NCBI GenBank assembly: GCA_012295275.1
Contig: CM022669.1
Location: forward strand, 11,842,001-11,906,000
Direction of reading: 5' to 3'
Length of the DNA stretch: 64,000 nt
DNA from: Chrysomallon squamiferum
Lineage: Eukaryota > Animalia > Mollusca
Shown here: positions 1 to 13,400 of the stretch, piece after piece
How positions within the stretch are numbered: the stretch's first letter is position 1
How the letters are laid out: each line of letters begins with the position of its first letter
Position numbers and translations under genes: made by a program
Notes under the pieces: generated by a model
The model's database searches: none
What the model saw: only the letters and a program-made list of their open reading frames with translations
Told to the model about the DNA's origin: nothing

Positions 1-130
1 CCAGGATCACAGCATCAGTGAACCGTCAAAGAAACTGTAAAATTTAATATCTTTACACCTTGTAAAGTTAATTCTGTTCTCTTAAATATTTCAGAATGAA
101 CTAGGGATTTTACTTGATTTTTATTTTATT

Positions 131-162
<32 letters not shown>

Positions 163-994
163 ACATTTTTATTATTTTAAAAGAAACATGTAAACATGTT
201 TTAGTTCAATATTTGTATTTTTACCTCCCAAATTTGGTTTATTATTATTATTGTTATTATTATTATTATTATTTTTTTAATTATTATTATCTTTTTTTCA
301 ATCATCCATACCTTTCCTCCAGGGTTTATTTCTGTGAGTTTTTGCAATTAAAGACATATTTTGTTTCATTTTAAATGGCTGTGGTAATGTAAACCCACAT
401 TTATTATTTAGTATTGACTGTAACTTTTTAGTATATCATTATAATGTTGTTGTTTTTTTTGTTTTTTTAATGAGGTTAGATTTGTTACTGAAAATAGCTC
501 ACAAAAATGTCTACACATGGTTTTTGTTCTATGACATGTACATAAAACCTTTGCATAATGTTGTTTTTAAAAATTTATATATTTAATGTGTAAGCAAATG
601 TGTTAACTAGAGAATGAGCTGAAATTTTGTATCATCTGATGTTTCTAAAATTTCAAAAAATTATTACTCATCTGTTTTAAATAAAGCTGTGGTAAGTCAT
701 TTTAGAACTAGATGGCTATTCAGCACTGCCTGAGTTGATTAATTGCTTCCGTTTTCACTGAAAAATACATGATCTACAGCAGATCCCGGCAGGAACTGGA
801 GCTTTTTATATTAATATTTGATTCATGTCATTTCAGTTGACCGTCTTCTTTTATTTTTTTTGTTTTTTTTTTCTCGTTACAGGTGAATTGGACAGGTGAA
901 TTCTCTAGCAGCTTATTAATTAGCAGCTGTACTTCTTGTTGATCAAAACAAAACAAAGTCTGCAAGATCAGTTTAACTGAAATTTCATTCCACT

Positions 995-1016
995 ATGGCC
1001 GATTCTTTGGATGGAG
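995..1016 (+). CDS. HNRNPK: hnRNP K coding exon 1 (MADSLDG-G); exon probably starts at 883 or 896
   Basis: Strong pyrimidine tract + CAG at 880-882, ACTATGG start context, donor GAG|GTACAT. Phase 1 joins in frame to GA AGA ATG at 13412. Confidence 0.7.
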
Positions 1017-1286
1017 GTACATGCATGCTGTTTGTAGTAGTAAATGATCAATAATAATCACCATTAGGTGTGGGCCAGTAGTAATTAATTGATGGGGTGG
1101 GATTTGATAGTATCCTATTGTGTTAGAAGTGCAACAGGTAATAATGGCATCATTTTCTCCTCCTACCATCCTGTTACCCTCTCTGGCATTCTTTCTCGGA
1201 AAAAATAAAGTTACTGTGATTTTCTCAGAGGTAAAGAGAATGTTTATTGTGGGGGTTTTGTTATCTTGCAGAAATAATTCTTAATT

Positions 1287-1328
<42 letters not shown>

Positions 1329-4300
1329 TTTCAAAATACTGTAGTTATTAGACAGTTGCTATTAACTGTTCTGATCACCTGATGAGCAGACAATATACTT
1401 CCATTATGTAAGTCATTATAGTAAGTAATAAATCATCTTGAACAAATAAGTAATGTAGCAGGTCTGGAATTACTTTTTCTTTTTTCTTTTTAATGTCTCT
1501 TTTTTTTTTTGGTGTGTCTTTCCATTGATGTAATATGATTTGCAAACAGTAAGAAAATGCATTGTTATGATAAAATGTCCAAATAATTACAGAAAATTTA
1601 ACTAATTGAAAAAGACACATATAATACACACACACATTGTGACATTGTCAAAAGTTGATCTAGCTGCACATTTCTACCTGGTTTGTCATCTATATTTTTG
1701 TTAATCTTTTCTTAAATTGTATTTGTAGTTACATTAAATAGAGAAAAATTAAATCTATCCATTTTTAAGCATTGGGCTCTGATTGTGAAGAGTTAGAATG
1801 GTAATAAGAAATACCTCCCAGTTACTCCTTGTCCATGTTTCCATGCTAACCTAACAACAATAACATTAAAAAATAAAATAAAAAAAGGTTTCAATTTTAA
1901 GATGAAGTAGATTATTATAATTTGTTTTTCTTAATATCAGTCATCAGTTTTTCTTCCACATATAACACAAAATAACACTTAATGTGGAGAATTGTGCATT
2001 AGTTTAAATACTAAAGAAAAATGCGTTTAATGTTTCCAGTACTTTTAGTTATAGTATCTGTTAATATGTTCTGAATAATAGAATTAATTGAAGTAATAAT
2101 AAAAATCTAACTTGGTCTTCCATCAAAGCCCAAGACTACTCTCATATTCGTGGAATGGTACTGTCTTGCAGTAGTGGCATGCACAGGTGCAGTGTATTGA
2201 TCCACTGACAGAACTTGAAGCCTGCTTTCAGTGTGCTTCCTGTTGCTGACAACAAACAGCCCATTTCACCAATATTGGTCCAAAAATCATGGATTTTCAA
2301 ACGAATGTCGATTCATTGCATTCACGTGTCGAAAACGAAGAATAATGGTGTTTTCAGGTAGTGCTGGTCGGAGATGGAGCAATGTGGAACAATGAGAACA
2401 AAGCTTGCTTTGTATCACTGACTGATTTCGCGATCACCCAAGTCAGTGTATCAGACACAAACAGTGGAATTTTAATGATTTTTTTATTATTATTATTATT
2501 ATTATTCCTTTAAGCAGTAAAATCAGAGATTACAGATGTAAATTATTTCTTAGATACTGGTTTCTAAAATAATTACCAATGTTTTTTTTTTAGACATTTT
2601 TAAAAAGGCAGATTTACTGCTAAGGTGTGACAGTACAAAAAAAGCAAAAATGATGTGATAATAATTTACAGATAAGCAATAATTATGAAAGAAATGAAAA
2701 CAACAAATATCCACACCATCACCACCACCACCATCACCATTCCCCCCCCATGAAAAAAAGGAGTAAAATCCACCATGACAGGATTTATTAGCAGTAAAAG
2801 ATATGGTTATTAGTTAAATTCTGATGTATTCTTAAGAAAAATGGGGTGTGACCATTTTATACTAGGCAGCATCTATAGTTTTCATAAAATAACACGTTAT
2901 CATTTTGTTAACAAGCTATTCTAATTATCTCTTGTCATTAATCTGAGTGGATTTGAGAAAATTTATATTCTGTCATATCTGTATACATTTCTGCACATTT
3001 GACGAATTAGAGTTACGCTTCAAGTTCAGTTAATTATATTTATAAACTATTTTTCATGAGAGTTTATTCCTTTTATACAGTCTGTTAAACATATTTGTTT
3101 TTCTGTGTTTGACAAATCAGACTGTTTCAAATTCTGTTAATTGAATTTAAATAACAAATATGCTCCAAATCCAGAAATGCAGTTTCTCTTTAATATTAAA
3201 GTTAAGAGTATTTTTGACAAACTTGAGTTCCGTTTTATTTTCAACTGAGTGGATGAATGTTTTCGTTATGAATGCAGTAGTATTTGTATCATCAAAATTA
3301 ATTAACTCTGAGTGTTGCGTAAGCCTCTCTATTAGGCCATTGTGTAAACAGTGCCTGGTTACAGGTGTCTGTTTCCTGTTTTTTCTCAAATAGTTCAGTA
3401 CTGGTTATCCAAGCAGCTCAAATCACATTACACAATTTTTGTGTTGCATTTCTAATTATTAGTTGGTCTGTTTCCCATCAGAAACATGTAATCGGTGTTT
3501 GAAGTTTCAGTTTTGTCTGAAGGTACATTGTCATTTCTGTCACAAATATGATACTGTGTTAGCTTTATTCCATTATAAGAATATGTGTCATTGGTGTGTT
3601 AGAAAGATTCTTATTTGGTTTCAGAGATTCAGTTTTATAGCTGATTCTTCTGTTATATTTCATTGTCATCTGGTGCTTACTGTCACAGTGTTAAGCAAAA
3701 CAAAAAAAACAAGAAATAAAATTATAGTATGCATGAAAATAGTTTGACATTTTTAGGAGTCCTTTTTTATTATTATTTGTAATGATAAAATAACAAAGTT
3801 TATACTTATTTTTATTTATCTCCATTTATCTGTTCCATAATTAAATGAACCTTAAATATTATTGGAATACTTCCACTTTCTAGAGTTACAAATTTGACTT
3901 CCTGATAAAGTTGATTTTTATTGTTACGGTCATAAATACATTTTGAAAAGAAAATAACTTTCATATGTAAAAGCAGGTGAACTGATATTTAGAAAAAAAT
4001 AAAAGAATCCAACAGTTTAAGGATGGAATTGATTAGTCTTTTATTAGTAGTAGCAGTAGTATTTTTTTTATTTTTTTTAAATTGATATTCTTATGAAGGG
4101 TTTATTTTCTAAAAATGAATGTTATTAATCATAAAATAGCTTGTGCAGATTAATTTGTAAAGTTTGTATTGATAATGAACTTAACACTGACATTTTCACT
4201 AACCGCTGAGTACATGGTTTTCATTTCCAAAATTCAATATCTTTTGGAGATGTTAAGTGAACTGTTTATTCTATTTACAAGATGCTCAATTCACAGCAGG

Positions 4301-6780
4301 TTTGATTGGTATTCTCTCATAAATGTTGGATCATTTTTTTGTTGTCTCATTATCACCCTGGCATTGACATTTTTAAATAACAATAAGCATTCGTGTATGT
4401 TCACTTACATTTTTTTCTTATTAATATTTTATTACATGTTCCCATACTTCACAAAACGGGCTCATTGTTTGAGCAATTATCAGGTGTCCCATTTCATATA
4501 TTCCATTGGTGTTACATCTGTAGAGTATTCATGTGAGCGCACCTTACACTGTTGTCCCCACCCTCATTCACATTCACTCAGGTGAGGCAATCTCTGCATC
4601 ATTAAATAGTCAGAGATGCTGGCAGCATTTGATTGGCTGTTTCCAGGCAACACATTGTCAACAGCAGAAATTGATGACTTGATCCTTTACCTGTACTGGG
4701 TTGGCTGATCTCCAATATAAGCCTGTCAGGTGAGGGTGTCCAGTACAGGTTGGCAGTAGATTCAGACAGGTATGGATGGGTGAGCGAGGTATGGGTGTTT
4801 GCTGTTTGTTGTTGCTTCATCTCCCTCTCTGAATGAGGGCTCACTCTGTCAGAGCCAGACTCGACTTTACAGTCATTACCACAGGTAAGGTTCTTACTTA
4901 ATGTTATTACCTGAATTTCAGTTTTGTCGTCAGTTTTAAAACAAAAAAACACCGAAAAAATCTCAGGTTTGTTCCGTAATCATTTTAAGATGTAAAAATC
5001 TCAAGATTTAGTTACAACTGACTTTTTTTTTCATCTAATGTTATTATCATTTTTTTTTTTTTTTTACTCTTTGTTGGCATGATTAATATTGGTGGATTTC
5101 TTGTTGTTGTTGTTTTTCTCATTTATGGGTTAGGTTTGGTTTCATTTAATTTCTCAACTTTCATATTTGTTGAATAGCAGAAATATGAAATAATTTGGTA
5201 AATGCAGTGTTTTAATTTCGTAACAAAGAAAAAACTAGAAGGAAAAAAATGACTCACTATTTCAAGTTATTGTTTTATTTTAATTAAGTATCTTTTGATT
5301 CACATATAATATTTTTGTTTGTAAAGATGGTATATGACCACACCCTTTTTTTCGATTGGATTACTTGCAAAATCAATTTTCTAAAATACAAGTGAAATTT
5401 TTTGAAATTGTGTAAAAAATACATTTCTTTACTTTACATTATTATTTTATACAAAATAGCTAAAGTGAAATTTATTGTTGCTGGTTTTATCTTCTTTAAA
5501 GATTAAAACTACTATTATTTACAATCTATTTTGCTTAAATATCAGAAGTTGTAAAAATCAAAATCTAAGCATTTATTAATAAATGATATCATCTTTTTCT
5601 TTTCATGGTTGTAGTTTATCTTTAATTATCTTTTTGTTTTTTTCATTCATAGATATAAGTTATTGTTATGATTATTATTATTATTATTAACATACAGGTG
5701 TTTCAAAATTAACAAAAATTAAGTGAAAGTAAGTAATTGTTCATGTGAATAGTTCCTGAGTTAATATTCAAAGTAGTTACATTTCATCTTCAAAAAGATA
5801 TTTGTTTATCATCTTTTTCATTCCAGAGATGTGATACATTAAGAAAACATAATTGTGTATGTTATGAGTAAAAAACATGAAAGTTAACCATTTTCATAAT
5901 CCTTTGTTTCTCTTGCAAGTAATTAATTACTCAAGAAAGTTTCCTTGTTTAAAGCATATCGGAAATAATTCTGCATAATGTGTTTTCAGTTTACTGAAGG
6001 GAAATACAAAGAAATAGATGAATTACATTTATAAAAAGAAATATTTGGAAAATAGAGAAGAAATTTAATTTACTAAATATATCAGGTTAAATTATTTTAA
6101 TTTTAAATATCAGTGGAAACAAAATAAAATAAGATTGAAATACACATACGAACACACGCTCATACAAAAACAACATGAGTAAGCATAGTTGCAAATACCA
6201 TTACTTTTTAAAATTATTATGCAAATTTATCTTTGCATGTTACTAAAATAAACAAATCACATAGAAAGAAAGAAAAAAAAAAAAATGTACAATTAGAAAC
6301 TGTCAATTACTCAGATGACAATAGTAATGGCCGTGTGCTTGGTCTTGTTTGGTCGTAAAATCCATCCATTATCTGACGGCAAACAGTCGGAGCTAATGGC
6401 CTCCGAGCAGGTGCTTATCAACCAGTGCACACACAACAAGGACCACGTTACACTGATCACTGTGTTTCTCCTGCTCATTGTTTCAAGTTCACCTGATGAA
6501 ACAATCACAGGTGGTCACTCAGACTCATTATGTTGGGTGACATTGGTGCTGGGGAAATAATTAATAAGTTCATCACACAGCACACGGCCATAATGAACTT
6601 GTGAGTCCACCACATGCCGACTTCTTCCAAAACATGTGGCTAATTAGCTGTTGCAACAAACCTTCCAGTACGAACATTTTGCTCTCTATGTTTCCGAATG
6701 ACACGCAGACACAATAGCTTGTTCATTTTGTCACTTATTGCATATATTTGGATTCTTATCTCTTACGTTTTATAATTGAA

Positions 6781-6813
<33 letters not shown>

Positions 6814-6820
6814 AAATTTT

Positions 6821-6860
<40 letters not shown>

Positions 6861-7369
6861 ATAATAAAATTAATTATATTAAAAAATAAATTTACATGAG
6901 ATTGGGGGGTTGCCCTTCTGTTAAGTACTTGTACATCAAATAATGTTAATTCAGTAATTTTGATAATTTAGAATTGTCAGGAATTGTCTGCAGGTTTTGA
7001 TACTAAATTACTTTTTATTTTTAAAATTAAAAGTAGATATTTTTTAAATGTTTTTATTTGATCCTAATAATTGGGGTTGAAAATAATTTAAACTTTGTTT
7101 GCTAATTATTACTTTCTTTTTTAGTTTTTTTTAATTTTATAAAAGACTAAGGTTTATTAATAATAACAGTATTTTTTAGGTTTTTTTAAAGAAAATTTGT
7201 TCATTAATTTTCTCTCATTAACAATATAGAAATATACATTTATCTGAAAGAGAAAAAAAAACGAAAATATATAAATTGGTTTTTCCTAGAAGAATTATTG
7301 AAATGAGAAAAAAACCCATTTCATTGTTTCTCTTTTTCTTCCATTAACAATAATTGATTTTTAGAAAAC

Positions 7370-7405
<36 letters not shown>

Positions 7406-10400
7406 GTAAATCGGTCAAATTCATGAATTATCTGTGTTAATAGTACCTTTGTTGGCCATTTATGATAAAAATCATAAATTCTGAATATTGCTGATAACCA
7501 AAGAAGTTCCGTTGACAGGCACTGATGGATTTGCGAGTGCCTGAGGCAGTGGGAGGTGACCCACGTGCCTCAACCATTCCCAGATTAAATCTCTGAACAT
7601 CACTGATCACAAAGGAATAAAGGACAGGGCAGATCTAATTTTAGAAGTGAACCAGGTTTAATCTCCTTGTCTGCAGGTTCTTTGTAAGGCAGATTAGAAC
7701 CAGGAAATGATAACCGGCTTTTGGTGTTGCTTGGCAGACAGTTAGATTATATTGTAATAATCATTACCTGTTGGGTTGTTGTTTTTTTGTTGTTCGTGTG
7801 TGCGTGCGTGTGTGCATGCATGCGTGCGCATTCTAATAATTTTATAATTCTTGGTGTTAGTGTATTGAAACAGGTAGAATAATTTTTACCCCCAAGTCAA
7901 GATTTTGACTATGTCTAAATTGGTTTCTTGCCAGTACTACAGATATATACTTTATACTAAAGTCTTTTGACTGATTTATTTGTGAAACACTTGGTAGTCT
8001 TATTCATAAGATGCCAATTTAATTTTTCCTATTGTATTTGCATTCTTCCTGTATTCACATAGCCAATATAGATTTTTTTTTTTTTTAAATAATTTGTATA
8101 TAGAATGGATCTTTAAGAAAATATTTGTATTGAATTTAGCTTACAAAATAGATGGAATTTACTCATCCTCCAGCTTTTGTTAGGAGTTTTGTGTTTTGTG
8201 TTTTATTCCAAACTGTGTGTATAGCTTTCTGTTCTCTCATTTCTATGACAAGTAGGAGGCCATTACTGAATCTTTATAAACTCTGTCTCTGTTAATGCTG
8301 ATGGATTCTGTTTCATTGTTTTAATGGTCTGAATTGCCAGCATACAATATGTTCACTCAAGAGATTCATCTTTCCAGCAAGGCATAAAAGCACTTTGTTT
8401 TCCCATGTTGGCTGAAAGGACAGTATTGCTTTGATAACTCCTGTCGATTTTGTATGGGAACAAACATAATGAACCAATCCTATAAATAATTGTTTGCATT
8501 GCCTTCAGGTACTGGACCATGTCAGAATATTGAAAATTACCCAAAGTAGATGTTTGAATGGAAAATGCTTCAGGCATTTTAATTGTATCTTTAAGAGAAC
8601 CTGTTTCTGCTTTGAGATTATCAGGTTTTAAAAGCGAATGGATTGCAAAATCATTAAACTATACCTTGAGCACACTTGCAGAAATGTTCCATTGTATTTT
8701 ATTCATTATTTATTTATTATTTTAATATTTAAAAAAAATGTCTTTCTTTTTATTATTATTATTATTATTAAGTGTTAATGTTTTAGATATTTCAGTTATT
8801 CTTTAATTTAATTTCTTTTTATATTTTCCCTGTAGTTTCTGTTTAAATTTTAAAGTTTTACTCCCCAAAAAATGTCTTTCTTTATTATTATTATTATTAT
8901 TAAGTGTTAATGTTTTAGATATTTCAGTTATTCTTTAATTTAATTTCTTTTTATATTTTCCCTGTAGTTTCTGTTTAAATTTTAAAGTTTTACTCCCCAA
9001 AAAATGTTCTGTTTTTATTACTGATTTATTGTTTCATTGAAATCCCAAAGCATATACATTCTCCAGCTCAATTTGTCTAATGTTGTGGTTTACAAATGAT
9101 GTCTACCATTTTGTGTTTACTTAAACTGTAAGTGAAAATTAGAATAGTTAAAATATCTATTTTCTGACTTAAACTGTTGCCTTGTTTAATTCATACTTGC
9201 AATTAAATTGACAGCTGATCAGTGGTGAGAAAGGTTTTCATTCTGTTGAATTTTGAAAAAAGAAAAAAATTACTATGGATTTTGATGTGTGTGGGGGATG
9301 TTCTTCTCACACACCATTTATTATGCTACTCATATTTCAATGGATATTGCATCAATAATAAAATATTGTGACCAGTCATCATTTGCCATGAATAACTAGA
9401 AGGTTAAAATGTGCCAACATCATTGTTTCCATGGAAATAAGACAGGTGCTGAAGTACCCACCAGGGGAAGGGAATGTATTATTCATATGTATGTGTTGCC
9501 GAGTGGTGGCATGGGTTTGGGTTAATTGGCAGACAGGTAATGATTGCAGGGAATTGATTTTGCTCAGGTGAACACCGCTGAATAGTAAATTGTAGGGGAA
9601 ATTATGGGAAGTGAATAGGTGCATTTTAGTTAATCAATTAGAAATCTAATCTTGCTTTTCGGTATGAATAATGTGTGATTTGTGCCAATTGAAATTTGAA
9701 GTGAAATGAAAACGCAAGACTGGGAAATTGATTGGCTGGATGTAATCAGGCGATGTAAATGTTTAATACGAACCTGCGACACAAATCAATGAATTATTGA
9801 TTGGGCTGGCACATTTAACAACAGGGCAGGTATTCCAGCTGTGCTATTGGGCAGGTGTACGTAAATCAGGTACGACAACGTACACCTCATTTAAACACGG
9901 TGCCACCATTTAACACACAATAGGTATGTATCGTCTACCTGTAAAATTCATGTCTGAGCATCCATATATTATAAATATAGCGTTTTTAATGTGCTGGGGA
10001 AAGTTCTTTTTAATTATTCTTTTATTTGACTTTGTCGTGACCTTTAAATTACACATTCTGCTGAAATTCTTAAATAAGAGTATTTCATGTTAATGCATTT
10101 TTTTTAATGTATTTTGTGTGCAAAAAAAATTGGCATTATTATTGTGATAATTATCTTTACTTTTTATTTTGATTATTTGCTGTAATATTTACATTCCTTT
10201 ATCGGAAAAGATAATAGGTTAAGCCATGAGTCATGAAAAAATCAATTATTCTTTTTTTTTTTTTTTTTTCCTTCCTTCTCTGTATCTTGTTATTGGAAGT
10301 TCATGTTACATTTACAAAGAAATATGAACATATTTTTAGATCACATAATTGTCAAAAAAAAAAAAAAAAAAATGTCCCTGTAACTCACAATTAGTAGCAA

Positions 10401-13400
10401 TGGCTGTCAAAATGACATCTGCAGTTTCACAATAAATGATTCATATTTCTTTATACTGAACATACTTGATATAATTAAGTTTGAGCTATGGAATAAGATA
10501 GTTACTTATACTTTTTATCATTTTAATACATATTGAAATCCAATTTCTTTTCTTTTCTTTCATTTAGTGCAGCAAATTTGAAAATCTTTACTCAGTTTGA
10601 TACAGTAAGAGCTAGGTGTTAATGGTCTTAATATGTGTGTGTGTATATTTATATATATTTTTTTTAAATTTAATTTTTTTTTTTTTTAATTTTCTCTTTT
10701 CCCAGTGCTGTCTGTAGCTGAATTATTAATCAGAGATGCCATAAAGCCTATATAACAATGCTTGTTACAAGTTCTTGTTGATCTTGCATATTTAATTTTA
10801 AAAATACCCCCAAAAAACAAATAGATTACAGGGGTTATTGGGTTTATTTATCTACTTAACAGTCTATTACATTTGTTATTCCTGATGTAATATGTAATAC
10901 CCATTGTTTTGGTCACACAACAGCAGGTTATTAAGAGTTTAACATAAACACTGAAAATACAAACTGTTTATTCTGTAAATATTGTATTAATTTTAATTTA
11001 AAAAAAAAAAAAAAAAAAAAACCACTGCTGTAAAAAATAACTTGTTTTTGTTTCCTTAGTTTTCTATAATCATTATTTTATTTTTTTTTTTTTTTAAATG
11101 ATTTAAAAATTGTAAAAATATTGCCTGATTAATAAATATTTCTTGGAAATGAATATTTTATTATCCTTCACTAATGTGAAGTATTCCTTTGAGGTTTGTT
11201 ATTAACTAGTGTCTGCAAATATTTCCTGTTTTATCTTCATCATAATGATTCTGCATGTTTTGTGTCATGAAAATGAAATAAACAGCCAGCAGGTTACTGC
11301 TTTGTTGAGAAATCGATGTCGGTTCCTCTTGAATTGCTGTGCATTCAGGCTGTTTTCACATACCTGCTCAAAGGAAATCCATAGCTGAATCATTAATATA
11401 ACCTTACCATGGTGATAAAGAGAAGAAAAAAAGTAAAACAACAACAACAAAAAAACAATTTCTTTTCTTCTTCTTTTTATTATTATTATTATTTTTTTTT
11501 TAAATGCACATATAATTACCTTTATTGGAAAAAGAACAAAGAAATTATTTTGTTATTTCATTGATTAGACTGAATTAAAAAAAAATTGTATCAATTTTAT
11601 TTTTTTTTTTTTTTTTTTTTTTTCATCTTTTCTTTACCAGAAATGATTTTATTTTAGTTGTAACTGTTTTTTAAATTTGATAAGTTGACTTGTTCAGATG
11701 TTGCTGCTTAATTTTTTAATTTAATATTGATTATGTGCTTCCTTTTTCTTTTTTTATCTGTTACTTCTTTCTTTCATTTATCTTCTTCATTTTTTTCTTT
11801 TATATTTAAAGAAAAAAAGAAAGAAGATATAATTAGAAAGAAAATTGATTTGAAGAATATCAAAAATGTATAATCCAGCAGTTATGTTACTTCCTCTGAT
11901 TTTAAACACGTTAACTTGCTGTTACCTACCTGAAAACTGTTAATTATTCAGTTTCATGCCTTCAGGATTTCGTTTCTTTTCTTTCTTCTTTTTTTTTGTT
12001 TTCATTATATTAACAAAAACATTAAATTCTTACAAGTTAATTTTGATCTCAAAATACATTTAAAAATTACTGTATGGAGATTGAAATAATTTTTTATCTG
12101 CATTTGTTTTAGCATTTCATAGGACTATGTAAATTGTATAATAATTTTTTTTTAAAGTGGTAAATTTAAGAAAAAAACAATAGAAAACAGCAAGATATAA
12201 ATAAATAAATAAGTGTATAAGGGTCACTAATTGATAAACATCTGGAATGCATGCATAAAACAAAATACAAACAATAATAATAATAATCAATGGCATTTAT
12301 AAATAATGACTTGAAGATTATGTTTCAAGTACTGAATTTATCAGCTGTCAATTTTCCACAAGATAATTTTCATATTAATTTAGGAACAAAAAGCATGGTC
12401 CTTTTATTTTTGTGACAGCTGAATATGGCCTCGTTAGTGCTGTTAGTTGCAGTGTTATGAATGACTTCCTGCCTCAGCTATATTCTTAATTTTATGTTTT
12501 CTGGCGCCAGTGAGTTGGCTGTTGCTGGAAATCGATGCCAGTCATATAATGGCTTCTCTGTGATTGACCCATCATGTGGAGATGAAGCCAGTGGCTGGGG
12601 TAATCTTTGTTAATCTGTGCCATTGTAGGCTGATCCAGTCACCTGGTCAGACAGGCCAAATCACCAATAATGCTAGCCTCTGATAGTTTTGATTATAGAT
12701 GCTTCATTTTTTTTTTTTTTTTTTTTTCTTTCACAGTTTTTCTTTTGTTTAAAAATATAACATGAGGCAGTTTCTCAGTTTACTGATGTTTTTGATTTGT
12801 TTGGGGTTTTTAATTAAAATATTGTAATGCTTAAAAATAATTGTAAAACTTTTTTCTCCTGTTAATACTTTGTTGTTGTTTAATAAATGATTGGTGTGTG
12901 TGTGTTTGCGTGTGTGCGTGAGCCAAATCTCTCCCAACTTATTTGTTTTATCTGTTATGTTTTTCATTCTTTTTTAAAAAGAAAACCCAAGAAACAAACT
13001 ACATTACCACAGCATATGAGATTTTGAGTTTGTTAAAATTAATAGATTAATATCTGAGAAAATGAACTGTTTGTGGCAGCAGGTGGTTTAGATGATGCTA
13101 CAGTAATAAAAATAAATAAATCATTATTCCAATACAGAGTAACTGACAGCTGCTTGTTACATTGTTAATGCTACTATTATTTATTCAGTATTTAATTAAT
13201 TTATTTATTGGTCAATTAAAATACTGGAACAGTTAAATTTTCATTAATTTTAATTTTAAATGTTGTTTTTTTCTTTGTCTGTGAAGCAGTGTTTCGCCAG
13301 AATTCTCAACCAGTGCATTTTGTCCAAGACATTGTTATTGTATTGTGATTATTTGTTACAGAAAATTAATAAAAATTTGGTGAAATTCTAATAAGTCTGT

